Of a DNA stretch of 20,895 nucleotides, positions 1-7,811 are shown piece after piece (the stretch's first letter is position 1; each line of letters starts with the position of its first letter). The DNA is from a virus (lineage: Duplodnaviria; Heunggongvirae; Uroviricota; Caudoviricetes). A program made the position numbers and the translations under genes. Location: IMG/VR virus record IMGVR_UViG_2671180460_000003, positions 1-20,895 of that record. One strand, 5' to 3'. The notes below the pieces were generated by a model. It searched no databases. It had not been told where the DNA came from and was given only the letters and a program-made list of their open reading frames with translations.

Positions 1-92
1 ACTGGCTGGTCGTCCTGATTAACCTGGTGTTCTGCGTGCTGGTGATACGAGCACGCGGGAACGTATCAAAAATCCTTTCATTACGGAGGTGA
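1..92 (+). CDS. Holin, 3' fragment (gene starts upstream of window)
   Basis: Only frame open from the window edge (frame 3) reads WLVVLINLVFCVLVIRARGNVSKILSLRR, a hydrophobic helix followed by a basic tail, typical of a holin C-terminus. Stop at 90-92 sits immediately next to the endolysin start, the usual holin-endolysin arrangement. Assignment is by position and composition only. Confidence 0.4.
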   Translation, partial: WLVVLINLVFCVLVIRARGNVSKILSLRR

Positions 93-94
93 GT

Positions 95-472
95 ATGCCC
101 GGTAAATTCAGATTCAGTCGCCGAAGTGAGAAAAATCTGGAGGGCGTCAAACCACAGTTGGTTGCTGTAGTTCGCCGTGCGCTGGAGCTGACGGAGGTTG
201 ATTTCGGTATTACGGAAGGCCTGCGCAGTAAGTATCGCCAGAAACAGCTGGTTGCAGAAGGCAAGAGCCAGACCATGAACAGCCGCCACCTGACCGGTGA
301 TGCGGTGGATGTTGTGGCCTACATTGGCAGCCAGGTGTCATGGGACTGGCCTCTGTACGAGAAAATCGCGCAGGCATTTAAGCAGGCTGCCGCAGAGCTG
401 GGAACTGCCATCGAATGGGGCGGGGACTGGAAAACACTGAAAGACGGACCTCACTTTCAGTTGAAGCGCTAA
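95..472 (+). CDS. Endolysin, peptidase M15 family (L-alanyl-D-glutamate peptidase type)
   Basis: Translation contains SRHLTGDAVDVV and a C-terminal GPHFQL, matching the zinc-binding H-x6-D ... H signature of M15 phage endolysins. GGAGG at 85-89 gives ATG 95 a 5-nt spacer; the in-frame GTG at 89 given by the ORF track overlaps that RBS and is less likely. Confidence 0.85.
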   Translation: MPGKFRFSRRSEKNLEGVKPQLVAVVRRALELTEVDFGITEGLRSKYRQKQLVAEGKSQTMNSRHLTGDAVDVVAYIGSQVSWDWPLYEKIAQAFKQAAAELGTAIEWGGDWKTLKDGPHFQLKR

Positions 473-486
473 TAACCAGGTGGTTT

Positions 487-669
487 ATGAACAGAAAACA
501 CTGGACACACAGAATGCCGCGAACGGCGGCGAAATGGGCACTGGTAGCGATACTGGTGCCTTTTTTATTGGTGGGATGCGTCAGTCTGGATAAGGCGCGC
601 CAGCTTTTCGATACCGCGTTTCAGGTCTGCCAGCTTATTGATGGCGTTCGACTGTGTACGCAGAACTGA
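487..669 (+). CDS. Small putative lipoprotein (possible degenerate o-spanin or lysis accessory protein)
   Basis: MNRKHWTHRMPRTAAKWALVAILVPFLLVGC: basic n-region, hydrophobic core and an L-V-G-C lipobox, followed by a roughly 30-aa Cys-containing mature part. AGGTGG at 478-483 precedes ATG 487. Sits directly after the endolysin. Too short and not proline-rich for a canonical Rz1. Confidence 0.45.
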   Translation: MNRKHWTHRMPRTAAKWALVAILVPFLLVGCVSLDKARQLFDTAFQVCQLIDGVRLCTQN

Positions 670-672
670 TCA

Positions 673-710
673 CCAGCATTACAGCAGCCCTTCAGTGTGA
701 GGGGCTGCGA
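673..710. terminator. GC-rich hairpin between convergent genes (possible bidirectional terminator)
   Basis: GCAGCCC (684-690) pairs with GGGCTGC (702-708) around an 11-nt loop, between the stop of the + strand lipoprotein ORF (669) and the stop of the - strand ORF (718). No clean U-tract on either strand, so this is weak. Confidence 0.3.
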
Positions 711-717
711 TAATGTT

Positions 718-930
718 TTAGTTATCTTTTATGAATCCGTTAACGGCCCATCCGACCAGTCTGAGTATGCCGTATGTCAGTAAGGCACATACCAGGGAAA
801 CTAATACAGCAAATAACGAGATTCCTGTACCAGCACCTGTTAATAAAAAGAAACCAAAGCTCAACATCAACACCAAAATAGCCAACAGAACGCCTGTCCG
901 GTGAAATCCTTTTGAAATAGTATTTTTCAT
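718..930 (-). CDS. Small membrane protein, two predicted transmembrane helices, unknown function (moron candidate)
   Basis: 70-aa ORF MKNTISKGFHRTGVLLAILVLMLSFGFFLLTGAGTGISLFAVLVSLVCALLTYGILRLVGWAVNGFIKDN with two hydrophobic segments. On the minus strand GGAG lies 5 nt upstream of the ATG. It is the only reverse-strand gene in the window and lies in a visibly AT-richer stretch. Confidence 0.55.
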   Translation of the reverse strand: MKNTISKGFHRTGVLLAILVLMLSFGFFLLTGAGTGISLFAVLVSLVCALLTYGILRLVGWAVNGFIKDN

Positions 931-989
931 TTGTTCTCCGTATAGGTTTTTAAGGAATGGTTATTTTACCATCAGGAGAGTGAAATTCT

Positions 990-1340
990 ATGCCATCACG
1001 GATCCCCCGCGCATGCCGTAAGCGAGGCTGCGCAGGCACAACGACAGACAGTTCTGGCTACTGCGATAAACATCGTGGTGAAGGCTGGGCACAGCACCAG
1101 CGCGGACTGAGCCGCCACCAGCGTGGTTATGGCTCAAAATGGACGGTGATTCGTGCCCGTATTCTGAAGCGCGATAAAGGTCTGTGTCAGTTGTGTCTGC
1201 GTGTCGGTGTGGTGAGCGAGGCGAAAACTGTCGACCACATCATCCCGAAAGCGCATGGCGGAACAGACGCAGACAGCAACCTGCGGAGTCTGTGCTGGCC
1301 CTGCCACAAAGAGAAAACAGCGCGCGAACGAATCAAGTGA
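990..1340 (+). CDS. HNH homing-type endonuclease, terminase-associated
   Basis: C-x2-C pairs (CRKRGC, CQLC, CWPC) plus DHIIPKAHGG...N...H form the HNH/zinc-finger core. Located immediately upstream of the terminase small subunit, as in cos-type HK97-like phages. Confidence 0.9.
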   Translation: MPSRIPRACRKRGCAGTTTDSSGYCDKHRGEGWAQHQRGLSRHQRGYGSKWTVIRARILKRDKGLCQLCLRVGVVSEAKTVDHIIPKAHGGTDADSNLRSLCWPCHKEKTARERIK

Positions 1341-1360
1341 TAATTATTCTCACTTGTTGG

Positions 1361-1410
1361 GAGGGGCGGGTCAAATCCCTGCAGCCCTGGCTGTCCGGGA
1401 CCGCCCGCCA
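1361..1410. other. Candidate cos / terminase recognition region (GC-rich, partially two-fold symmetric)
   Basis: Intergenic region between the HNH and terS genes. GGGGCGGGTC (1362-1371) ... CAGCC-CT-GGCTG (1382-1393) ... GACCGCCCGCC (1399-1409) form a nested, imperfect inverted repeat, followed by a T8 run at 1443-1450. Function is inferred from position only. Confidence 0.3.
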
Positions 1411-1487
1411 ACCCTTCTTCGCATCGCCGCAGGTTCGAAAACTTTTTTTTGGGAATGCGATCAAACGATTGATAGGTAAAACCGATT

Positions 1488-1970
1488 ATGTCAGGACCCC
1501 CGAAAACCCCGCCACGCCTGCATTTGATTCGAGGCAACCCCTCGAAGCGCCCCGTTAAAGACCACAAAAAAACCGCTAAAAAGGATGAAAAAGGTCTCCC
1601 TAAAATTCCGCAACATTTAGGGGCGCAGGGGAAGTACTGGTTCAGGCGAATGGCGGAAGAGCTGAATGCGGAAGGGATCATTTCTCAGCTTGATGCGCGT
1701 GCACTCGAGTTACTGGTGGAAGCCTACACCGAATACCGGCATCACTGCGAAACACTCGATGCTGAGGGTTATACCTACCGCACGGAAACGCAGAATGGCG
1801 ATGTGATGATCAAGGCACATCCGGCTGCGGCGATGAAAGCGGATGCCTGGAAGCGGATCCGGGCGATGCTTGCAGAGTTTGGTATGTCACCGGCAAGCCG
1901 GGCGAAAGTAAATACCGCCGGACCGGATGATGTTGATCCGCTGGCGGAACTTTTAAAAGCGAGAGACTGA
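1488..1970 (+). CDS. Terminase small subunit (P27 family)
   Basis: 160-aa protein with a basic N-terminus (KRPVKDHKKTAKKDEKG) and sequence character of P27-type small terminases. Directly upstream of, and overlapping by 1 nt (TGATG), the large terminase gene. Confidence 0.88.
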   Translation: MSGPPKTPPRLHLIRGNPSKRPVKDHKKTAKKDEKGLPKIPQHLGAQGKYWFRRMAEELNAEGIISQLDARALELLVEAYTEYRHHCETLDAEGYTYRTETQNGDVMIKAHPAAAMKADAWKRIRAMLAEFGMSPASRAKVNTAGPDDVDPLAELLKARD

Positions 1971-3727
1971 TGGCAAAAGTGGCTGACGGGATCCGCTACG
2001 CCGAACGTGTTGTTGCAGGAGAAATTGTCGCTGGCGAATTTGTCCGTCTGGCCTGCCAGCGTTTTCTTGATGATCTGAAGTACGGCGAAGAGCGGGGGAT
2101 TTATTTCAGTGAACCCCGTGCGCAGCACATCCTGAATTTCTACAAATTTGTGCCCCATGTAAAAGGGGCGCTGGCAGGTCAGCCCATTGAGTTGATGGAC
2201 TGGCATGTATTTATCCTCATTAATATTTTTGGTTTTGTCATTCCGCTGGTGAATGAAGAGACCGGGGAAGTTGTCATGCGCAGCGATGGCAGCGGACGCC
2301 CGGTGATGGTGCGCCGGTTCCGGACGGCGTACAACGAAGTCGCCCGTAAAAACGCAAAATCAACCCTGTCATCGGGTATCGGTCTGTATATGACGGGGGC
2401 AGATGGTGAAGGCGGGGCTGAGGTGTATTCAGCCGCAACCACGCGTGACCAGGCCAGAATCGTGTTTGAAGACGCCAAAAATATGGTCAGAAAAGCCCGG
2501 TCGACACTCGGGCGGTTGTTTGATTTCAACAAGCTGGCGATTTACCAGGAGCAGAGCGCATCAAAATTTGAACCGCTTTCCTCGGATGCAAACAACCTGG
2601 ACGGTCTGAACATCCACTGCGCCATTATTGATGAGCTGCATGCACATAAAACCCGCGACGTGTGGGACGTTCTGGAAACGGCAACCGGTGCCCGTCTGCA
2701 GTCCCTGTTATTTGGTATCACCACGGCGGGCTTTAACAAGGAAGGGATTTGTTACGAGCAACGCGATTACGCCATCAAGGTATTGCGAGGCTATAACAGC
2801 GACGTGGAGGGCGCGGTAAAAGACGACTCCTACTTTGCGATTATTTACACGCTCGATGAGGGAGATGATCCGTTTGATGAAACGGTCTGGCAGAAAGCGA
2901 ATCCGGGCCTGGGCATCTGTAAACGCTGGGATGATCTGCGTCGTCTGGCGAAAAAAGCGAAGGAGCAGGTCTCGGCGCGGGTGAATTTTTTCACCAAACA
3001 CATGAATGTGTGGGTCACTGCCGAATCGGCCTGGATGGACATGATTAAGTGGGAGAAGTGCGAATACATCGCTCCACAGCATGAGCTGAAAACGTATCCC
3101 ATGTGGGTCGGCGTCGACCTTGCTCATAAGATTGATATCTGTGCGGCGGCAAAACTCTGGCGAACGGATAACGGGCATGTTCATGCCGATTTTAAATTCT
3201 GGCTTCCGGAAGGGCGACTGGAACGGTGTTCACGGCAGCAGGCAGAACTTTACCGGAAGTGGGCGGAGATAGATAAGCTCATCCTGACGGATGGTGATGT
3301 TATCGATCATGCTCAGATAAAAAGTGACTTACTGGAATGGATTGGTGGTGAAAATCTGAGGGAACTGGGATTTGACCCGTGGAGTGCGATGCAGTTCAGC
3401 CTGGCACTGGCTGAAGAAGGGATACCGCTGGTGGAGGTTCCGCAGACGGTCCGCAATCTGTCAGAGGCCATGAAGGAAACGGAATCACTGGTCTATGCCG
3501 GACGTTTCCACCACAGCAATCACCCGGTCATGAACTGGATGATGTCTAACGTTACGGTGAAACCGGATAAAAACGACAATATCTTCCCGAATAAATCCAC
3601 GCCGGAAGCCAAAATCGACGGTCCTGTTGCGATGTTTACAGCAATGAGCCGGATGCTGGTCAATGGCGGTGAACCGGAGCCGGATCTGTCTGAGCATCTG
3701 GTCAGCGTTGGTATCCGCTCGCTTTAA
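1970..3727 (+). CDS. Terminase large subunit (Terminase_1 / HK97-like)
   Basis: 585-aa ORF, the size and position expected for terL: N-terminal ATPase region followed by a C-terminal nuclease region. Sits between terS and the portal gene. Confidence 0.93.
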   Translation: MAKVADGIRYAERVVAGEIVAGEFVRLACQRFLDDLKYGEERGIYFSEPRAQHILNFYKFVPHVKGALAGQPIELMDWHVFILINIFGFVIPLVNEETGEVVMRSDGSGRPVMVRRFRTAYNEVARKNAKSTLSSGIGLYMTGADGEGGAEVYSAATTRDQARIVFEDAKNMVRKARSTLGRLFDFNKLAIYQEQSASKFEPLSSDANNLDGLNIHCAIIDELHAHKTRDVWDVLETATGARLQSLLFGITTAGFNKEGICYEQRDYAIKVLRGYNSDVEGAVKDDSYFAIIYTLDEGDDPFDETVWQKANPGLGICKRWDDLRRLAKKAKEQVSARVNFFTKHMNVWVTAESAWMDMIKWEKCEYIAPQHELKTYPMWVGVDLAHKIDICAAAKLWRTDNGHVHADFKFWLPEGRLERCSRQQAELYRKWAEIDKLILTDGDVIDHAQIKSDLLEWIGGENLRELGFDPWSAMQFSLALAEEGIPLVEVPQTVRNLSEAMKETESLVYAGRFHHSNHPVMNWMMSNVTVKPDKNDNIFPNKSTPEAKIDGPVAMFTAMSRMLVNGGEPEPDLSEHLVSVGIRSL

Positions 3728-3738
3728 CCGAGGTCATT

Positions 3739-3921
3739 ATGTTTCTGATAATTCTCACGCCACTGGTGGGCGTGCTGGGGGCGCTTTTGCTGGCGTATGG
3801 CACATGGCTGATTTATCCCCCGGCGGGTTTTGTTGTTGCCGGGGCGTTGTGCCTGTTCTGGTCGTGGCTGGTGGCGCGATATCTCGACCGTACGCGGCAG
3901 TCTGTCGGCGGAGGTAAATAG
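3739..3921 (+). CDS. Small hydrophobic protein (two predicted TM segments), unknown function
   Basis: 60-aa [68 protein letters not shown] lies 5 nt before the ATG. Its stop overlaps the portal GTG start (TAGTG). Confidence 0.45.
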   Translation: MFLIILTPLVGVLGALLLAYGTWLIYPPAGFVVAGALCLFWSWLVARYLDRTRQSVGGGK

Positions 3922-5162
3922 TGTTCTTTTCGGGGTTATTTCAACGAAAAAGTGATGAGCCGGTGACCACGCCAGCAGAACTGGCTGATGCTATCGGGCT
4001 GTCATACGACACCTATACCGGAAAGCGGATCAGTAGCCAACGGGCCATGCGGCTGACGGCGGTCTATTCCTGCGTCAGGGTGCTGGCGGAGTCTGTTGGT
4101 ATGCTGCCCTGCAGCCTCTACAAAATCACCGGCACTCTTAAAACACGGGCAGTGGATGAACGACTGCATAAGCTGATTTCGGCAAAACCCAATGGCTACA
4201 TGACACCGCAGGAATTCTGGGAACTGGTCATTGTCTGCCTGTGTCTGCGGGGTAATTTTTACGCCTACAAGGTAAAGGCACTGGGGGAAGTGGTGGAGCT
4301 TCTTCCGATAGATCCGGGCTGTGTGGAACCGAAGCTGAACAGCCAGTGGCAGCCGGTTTATCAGGTGACGTTTCCGGATGGTTCCGTGGATGTGTTGACC
4401 CAGGATGAAATCTGGCATGTGCGCACTCTGACGCTGGACGGACTGGTGGGGCTGAATCCCATTGCGTATGCGCGTGAGGCCATTTCACTGGCAGCGGCAA
4501 CTGAGGAGCACGGTGCCAGGTTGTTTGGTAATGGTGCGGTGACATCCGGTGTGTTGCGTACGGAACAAAAGCTCACGCCGGATGCTTACGAGCGTCTGAA
4601 GAAAGATTTTGAGGAGCGTCACACGGGGCTTGGCAATGCTCACCGCCCGATGATTCTGGAAATGGGGCTGGACTGGAAGTCGATGGCGCTGAACGCCGAG
4701 GACAGTCAGTTCCTGGAAACCCGCAAGTTTCAGCTGGAAGAAATCTGTCGCCTGTTCCGCGTGCCGCTGCATATGGTGCAGAACACCGATCGCGCCACCT
4801 TCAACAATATTGAAGAGCTGGGGCTTGGTTTCATTAACTATTCCCTTGTGCCGTACCTGACCCGTATTGAACAGCGGATCAATACGGGGCTGGTCAGGGA
4901 GAGTAAACAGGGGAGATTTTACGCCAAATTTAATGCCGGAGCATTGTTACGTGGCGACATGAAATCCCGATTTGAAGCGTATGCCACGGGGATTAACTGG
5001 GGCATTTATTCCCCTAATGACTGCCGTGATCTGGAAGATATGAATCCCCGACCGGGCGGTGATGTGTATCTGACACCGATGAACATGACCACCAGTCCCT
5101 CTGCTGGCGATGACAACGGTAAGAAAAAGGAGAGTGGAGATGCAGACAAAACAGCGTCTTGA
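3921..5162 (+). CDS. Portal protein (HK97 family)
   Basis: 413-aa ORF in the canonical position after terL. GTG start preceded by GGAGGT with a 5-nt spacer. Acidic, Lys-rich C-terminus typical of portal proteins. Confidence 0.9.
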   Translation: MFFSGLFQRKSDEPVTTPAELADAIGLSYDTYTGKRISSQRAMRLTAVYSCVRVLAESVGMLPCSLYKITGTLKTRAVDERLHKLISAKPNGYMTPQEFWELVIVCLCLRGNFYAYKVKALGEVVELLPIDPGCVEPKLNSQWQPVYQVTFPDGSVDVLTQDEIWHVRTLTLDGLVGLNPIAYAREAISLAAATEEHGARLFGNGAVTSGVLRTEQKLTPDAYERLKKDFEERHTGLGNAHRPMILEMGLDWKSMALNAEDSQFLETRKFQLEEICRLFRVPLHMVQNTDRATFNNIEELGLGFINYSLVPYLTRIEQRINTGLVRESKQGRFYAKFNAGALLRGDMKSRFEAYATGINWGIYSPNDCRDLEDMNPRPGGDVYLTPMNMTTSPSAGDDNGKKKESGDADKTAS

Positions 5163-5790
5163 TATACCGCTGAACCTGAAATCTGTCAGTGATTCCGGGG
5201 AATTTGAAGGTTACGGTTCTGTTTTTGGTGTTAAGGACAGCCACGATGATGTGGTGGTCCCCGGTGCCTTTACCACAACACTCCAGAAATGGAGCGAAAA
5301 AAAGGCGCTGCCTGCGTTGCTCTGGCAGCACCGTATGGATGAGCCCATCGGTGTGTACACCGAAATGAAAGAAGATGATGTCGGGCTTTACGTCAGGGGG
5401 CGATTACTCGTTGATGATGATCCCCTGGCAAAACGTGCACATGCCCATATGAAGGCCGGTTCTTTAACCGGCCTTTCTATTGGCTACATCCTGAAAGACT
5501 GGGAATACGACCGTGAAAAAGGGGTATTCCTGCTGAAAGAGATCGACCTGTGGGAGGTCAGTCTGGTGACGTTTCCTTCCAATGATGAGGCACGTATCAG
5601 CGATGTGAAAAATGCGCTGGCACGTGGGGAGATCCCCGATCAGAAAATTATTGAGCGGGTCCTGCGCGATGTTGGACTCTCGCGAACCCAGGCCAAAGCA
5701 TTCATGGCCGGGGGATATGGCGCTTTATCCCTGCGTGATGCTGAGGATGTGGATGCCGCACTGAATGCACTGAAAAATCTTAAATTTTAA
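5140..5790 (+). CDS. Prohead maturation protease (HK97 family, S78/U35)
   Basis: Sequence character of HK97-type prohead proteases (GYGSVFGVKDSHDDVVVPGAF ... SIGY), located between the portal and capsid genes. AAGGAG at 5126-5131 supports ATG 5140; the upstream in-frame ATG 5110 has no RBS and lies deep inside the portal gene. Confidence 0.88.
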   Translation: MQTKQRLDIPLNLKSVSDSGEFEGYGSVFGVKDSHDDVVVPGAFTTTLQKWSEKKALPALLWQHRMDEPIGVYTEMKEDDVGLYVRGRLLVDDDPLAKRAHAHMKAGSLTGLSIGYILKDWEYDREKGVFLLKEIDLWEVSLVTFPSNDEARISDVKNALARGEIPDQKIIERVLRDVGLSRTQAKAFMAGGYGALSLRDAEDVDAALNALKNLKF

Positions 5791-5804
5791 CCAGGAGAAA
5801 AATA

Positions 5805-7028
5805 ATGGCTGACATTAAAGATGTGGAGCAGGTCGCGCAGGAGCTGCAGGCGAAATTCGACGATTTTAAGGAAAAAAACGACAAACGCATCGACGCGATT
5901 GAGCAGGAAAAGGGAAAACTTGCTGGTGAAGTGGAAACCCTCAACGGAAAACTGGCTGAGCTGGAAAATCTCAAAAACGATCTTGAGGCTGAGCTGGCTG
6001 AAGTCAAGCGTCCGGCAGGTGGCACGCAAAATAAAGTTGCCGGTGAACATAAAGAAGCGTTTATCGGATTTATGCGCAAGGGGCGTGAAGACGGCCTGCG
6101 TGAGCTTGAGCGTAAGGCACTGCAGGTAGGCAATGATGAGGATGGTGGTTATGCCATTCCGGAAGAACTGGATCGCACCATTCTGACGCTACTGAAAGAT
6201 GAGGTGGTGATGCGCCAGGAAGCCACTGTGATCACCCTCGGGGGCTCGGATTATAAAAAGCTGGTGAATCTGGGCGGCACAACGTCCGGATGGGTGGGGG
6301 AAACGGATGCACGTCCGGAAACCGCCACCTCAAAACTGGGGCTGATTGAACCCTTTATGGGGGAAATCTACGGCAACCCGCAGGCCACCCAGAAAATGCT
6401 CGATGATGCTTTCTTCAATGTGGAAGACTGGATCAACAGTGAGCTGGCGCTGGAATTTGCCGAACAGGAAGAAATTGCCTTTACCAGTGGCGACGGCAGC
6501 AAAAAACCAAAAGGTTTTCTGGCTTATGAGTCCACCGATGAAGATGACAAGACCCGTGCGTTTGGCAAACTTCAGCACATTGCTTCCGGTGCGGCTTCCG
6601 GCGTGACCGCCGATGCGATCATTAAACTGATTTACACCCTGCGCAAGGCGCACCGCAGCGGCGCGAAGTTCATGATGAACAACAGCAGCCTGTTTGCCAT
6701 TCGTCTGCTGAAAGATAACGAAGGAAATTATCTGTGGCGTCCGGGTATTGAGCTGGGTCAGCCTTCTTCTCTGGCGGGGTATGGCATTGTTGAGAATGAG
6801 CACATGCCGGATATTGCCACCGATGCAAAAGCCATTGCGTTTGGTAACTTCAAACGTGGCTATACCATCGTTGATCGCATCGGTACCCGTATCCTGCGCG
6901 ACCCGTATACCAACAAGCCGTTCGTGGGTTTTTATACCACCAAGCGAACCGGCGGTATGCTTGTGGATTCTCAGGCGATTAAGCTGATGAAAATTGGGGC
7001 TGCAACCCGCCAGAAAGCCGCTGCGTAA
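5805..7028 (+). CDS. Major capsid protein (HK97 fold) with N-terminal coiled-coil delta (scaffold-like) domain
   Basis: 407 aa. The N-terminal roughly 100 aa is Lys/Glu-rich with heptad-like spacing (QELQAKFDDFKEKNDKRIDAIEQEKGKLAGEVETLNGKLAELENLKNDLEAELAEVK). The remainder has HK97-type capsid character. Strong RBS AGGAG. No separate scaffold gene is present. Confidence 0.93.
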   Translation: MADIKDVEQVAQELQAKFDDFKEKNDKRIDAIEQEKGKLAGEVETLNGKLAELENLKNDLEAELAEVKRPAGGTQNKVAGEHKEAFIGFMRKGREDGLRELERKALQVGNDEDGGYAIPEELDRTILTLLKDEVVMRQEATVITLGGSDYKKLVNLGGTTSGWVGETDARPETATSKLGLIEPFMGEIYGNPQATQKMLDDAFFNVEDWINSELALEFAEQEEIAFTSGDGSKKPKGFLAYESTDEDDKTRAFGKLQHIASGAASGVTADAIIKLIYTLRKAHRSGAKFMMNNSSLFAIRLLKDNEGNYLWRPGIELGQPSSLAGYGIVENEHMPDIATDAKAIAFGNFKRGYTIVDRIGTRILRDPYTNKPFVGFYTTKRTGGMLVDSQAIKLMKIGAATRQKAAA

Positions 7029-7041
7029 TGCGGTTTTTTTT
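7014..7041 (+). terminator. Putative partial intrinsic terminator after the major capsid gene
   Basis: Short stem CCGC (7018-7021) / GCGG (7030-7033), extendable with A-U pairs, followed by T8 (7034-7041), immediately after the capsid stop codon. Confidence 0.4.
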
Positions 7042-7063
7042 GTGCCCGCGTAATGGCGGGCAC
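7042..7063 (+). promoter_or_regulatory. Perfect 8-bp stem hairpin directly upstream of the next RBS
   Basis: GTGCCCGC (7042-7049), loop GTAATG, GCGGGCAC (7056-7063), immediately followed by AGGAGG and ATG 7075. May modulate translation or mRNA stability of the downstream connector gene. Confidence 0.35.
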
Positions 7064-7074
7064 AGGAGGAAAAT

Positions 7075-7398
7075 ATGCTCCTGAAAGAAGAGGAGATTAA
7101 ATCTCACCTCCGGCTCGATGATGGTTTGTACAGTGACGGCGATTTTCTGCAATTGCTGGCACAGGCGGTACAGAAAAGAACAGAGACATACCTGAACAGG
7201 AAGTTGTATGCACCGGAAGAGACGATTCCGGAAGATGATCCTGACGGGATGCATCTGACTGATGACGTTCGTCTGGCCATGCTGATGCTGGTCAGTCATT
7301 TTTATGAAAATCGTTCAGCGAGTACCGATGTTGAGAAACTTGAAACGCCAGTGAGTTTCAGATGGCTCGCTGGCCCTTACAGGATTGTACCTCTATGA
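7075..7398 (+). CDS. Head-tail connector / adaptor protein (gp6-like)
   Basis: 107-aa ORF immediately after the capsid gene with a strong RBS (AGGAGG). Size, position and acidic character match head-tail adaptor proteins. Confidence 0.75.
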   Translation: MLLKEEEIKSHLRLDDGLYSDGDFLQLLAQAVQKRTETYLNRKLYAPEETIPEDDPDGMHLTDDVRLAMLMLVSHFYENRSASTDVEKLETPVSFRWLAGPYRIVPL

Positions 7399-7811
7399 AA
7401 ATCAGGCAAAGTCAGACCAGTGCCACTTACCTTTTACCGGATCCCGGAGAACTGAATCGCCGGATAAAGATCCGCCTCTGTGTGGATGAACCCACCGCTG
7501 ATTTTGGTACGAAGCCGACGTATCCGGAGTCGTTTGATGTCTGGGCAAAGGTGGCTCAGCCAGGCGCTGCCGCTTATCAGGGCTCAGTGCAGACAGAAAA
7601 TATCGTTACACATTATTTTACGATCCGTTTCCGTCACGACATCACGGCAGATCATGAGGTGGTTTATTACGGTCAGGAGTACCGGATCCGGCGAATACGC
7701 GACCTGAACGGTCAGCGGCGTTTTTTATTACTGGAATGTGAAGAACTGCGTACAGCGCGACGACGGGGTGAATGCCATGAATCAGACAGCATTTTTACAC
7801 GTCGACTTTAA
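7395..7811 (+). CDS. Head closure / head-tail joining protein (gp7-like)
   Basis: ATG 7395 overlaps the upstream stop (ATGA), indicating translational coupling. About 138 aa in the expected position. The ORF track start at 7362 is in the same frame but lies inside the upstream gene. Confidence 0.65.
   Translation: MKIRQSQTSATYLLPDPGELNRRIKIRLCVDEPTADFGTKPTYPESFDVWAKVAQPGAAAYQGSVQTENIVTHYFTIRFRHDITADHEVVYYGQEYRIRRIRDLNGQRRFLLLECEELRTARRRGECHESDSIFTRRL

Noticed and set aside
415-669. Longer 84-aa form of the lipoprotein ORF starting at 415 inside the endolysin gene
   Set aside because: The 5' extension overlaps the endolysin C-terminus in another frame and has no RBS. The ATG at 487 with AGGTGG upstream is the more plausible start.
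1184-1558. Plus-strand ORFs 1184-1558 and 1255-1479 overlapping the HNH gene and the intergenic region
   Set aside because: Alternative frames of the HNH gene and cos-like region. Translations are Arg/Pro/Gln-rich without protein-like features and conflict with the well-supported HNH and terS genes.
1187-1681. 164-aa minus-strand ORF spanning the HNH 3' end, the cos-like intergenic region and the terS 5' end
   Set aside because: Overlaps two well-supported plus-strand genes in antisense and has a Cys/Pro/Gly-rich, non-protein-like composition. Likely a chance open frame in GC-rich DNA.
5110-5139. Upstream in-frame ATG (5110) proposed by the ORF track as the protease start
   Set aside because: No RBS precedes it and it lies well inside the portal coding region, whereas ATG 5140 has a well-spaced AAGGAG.
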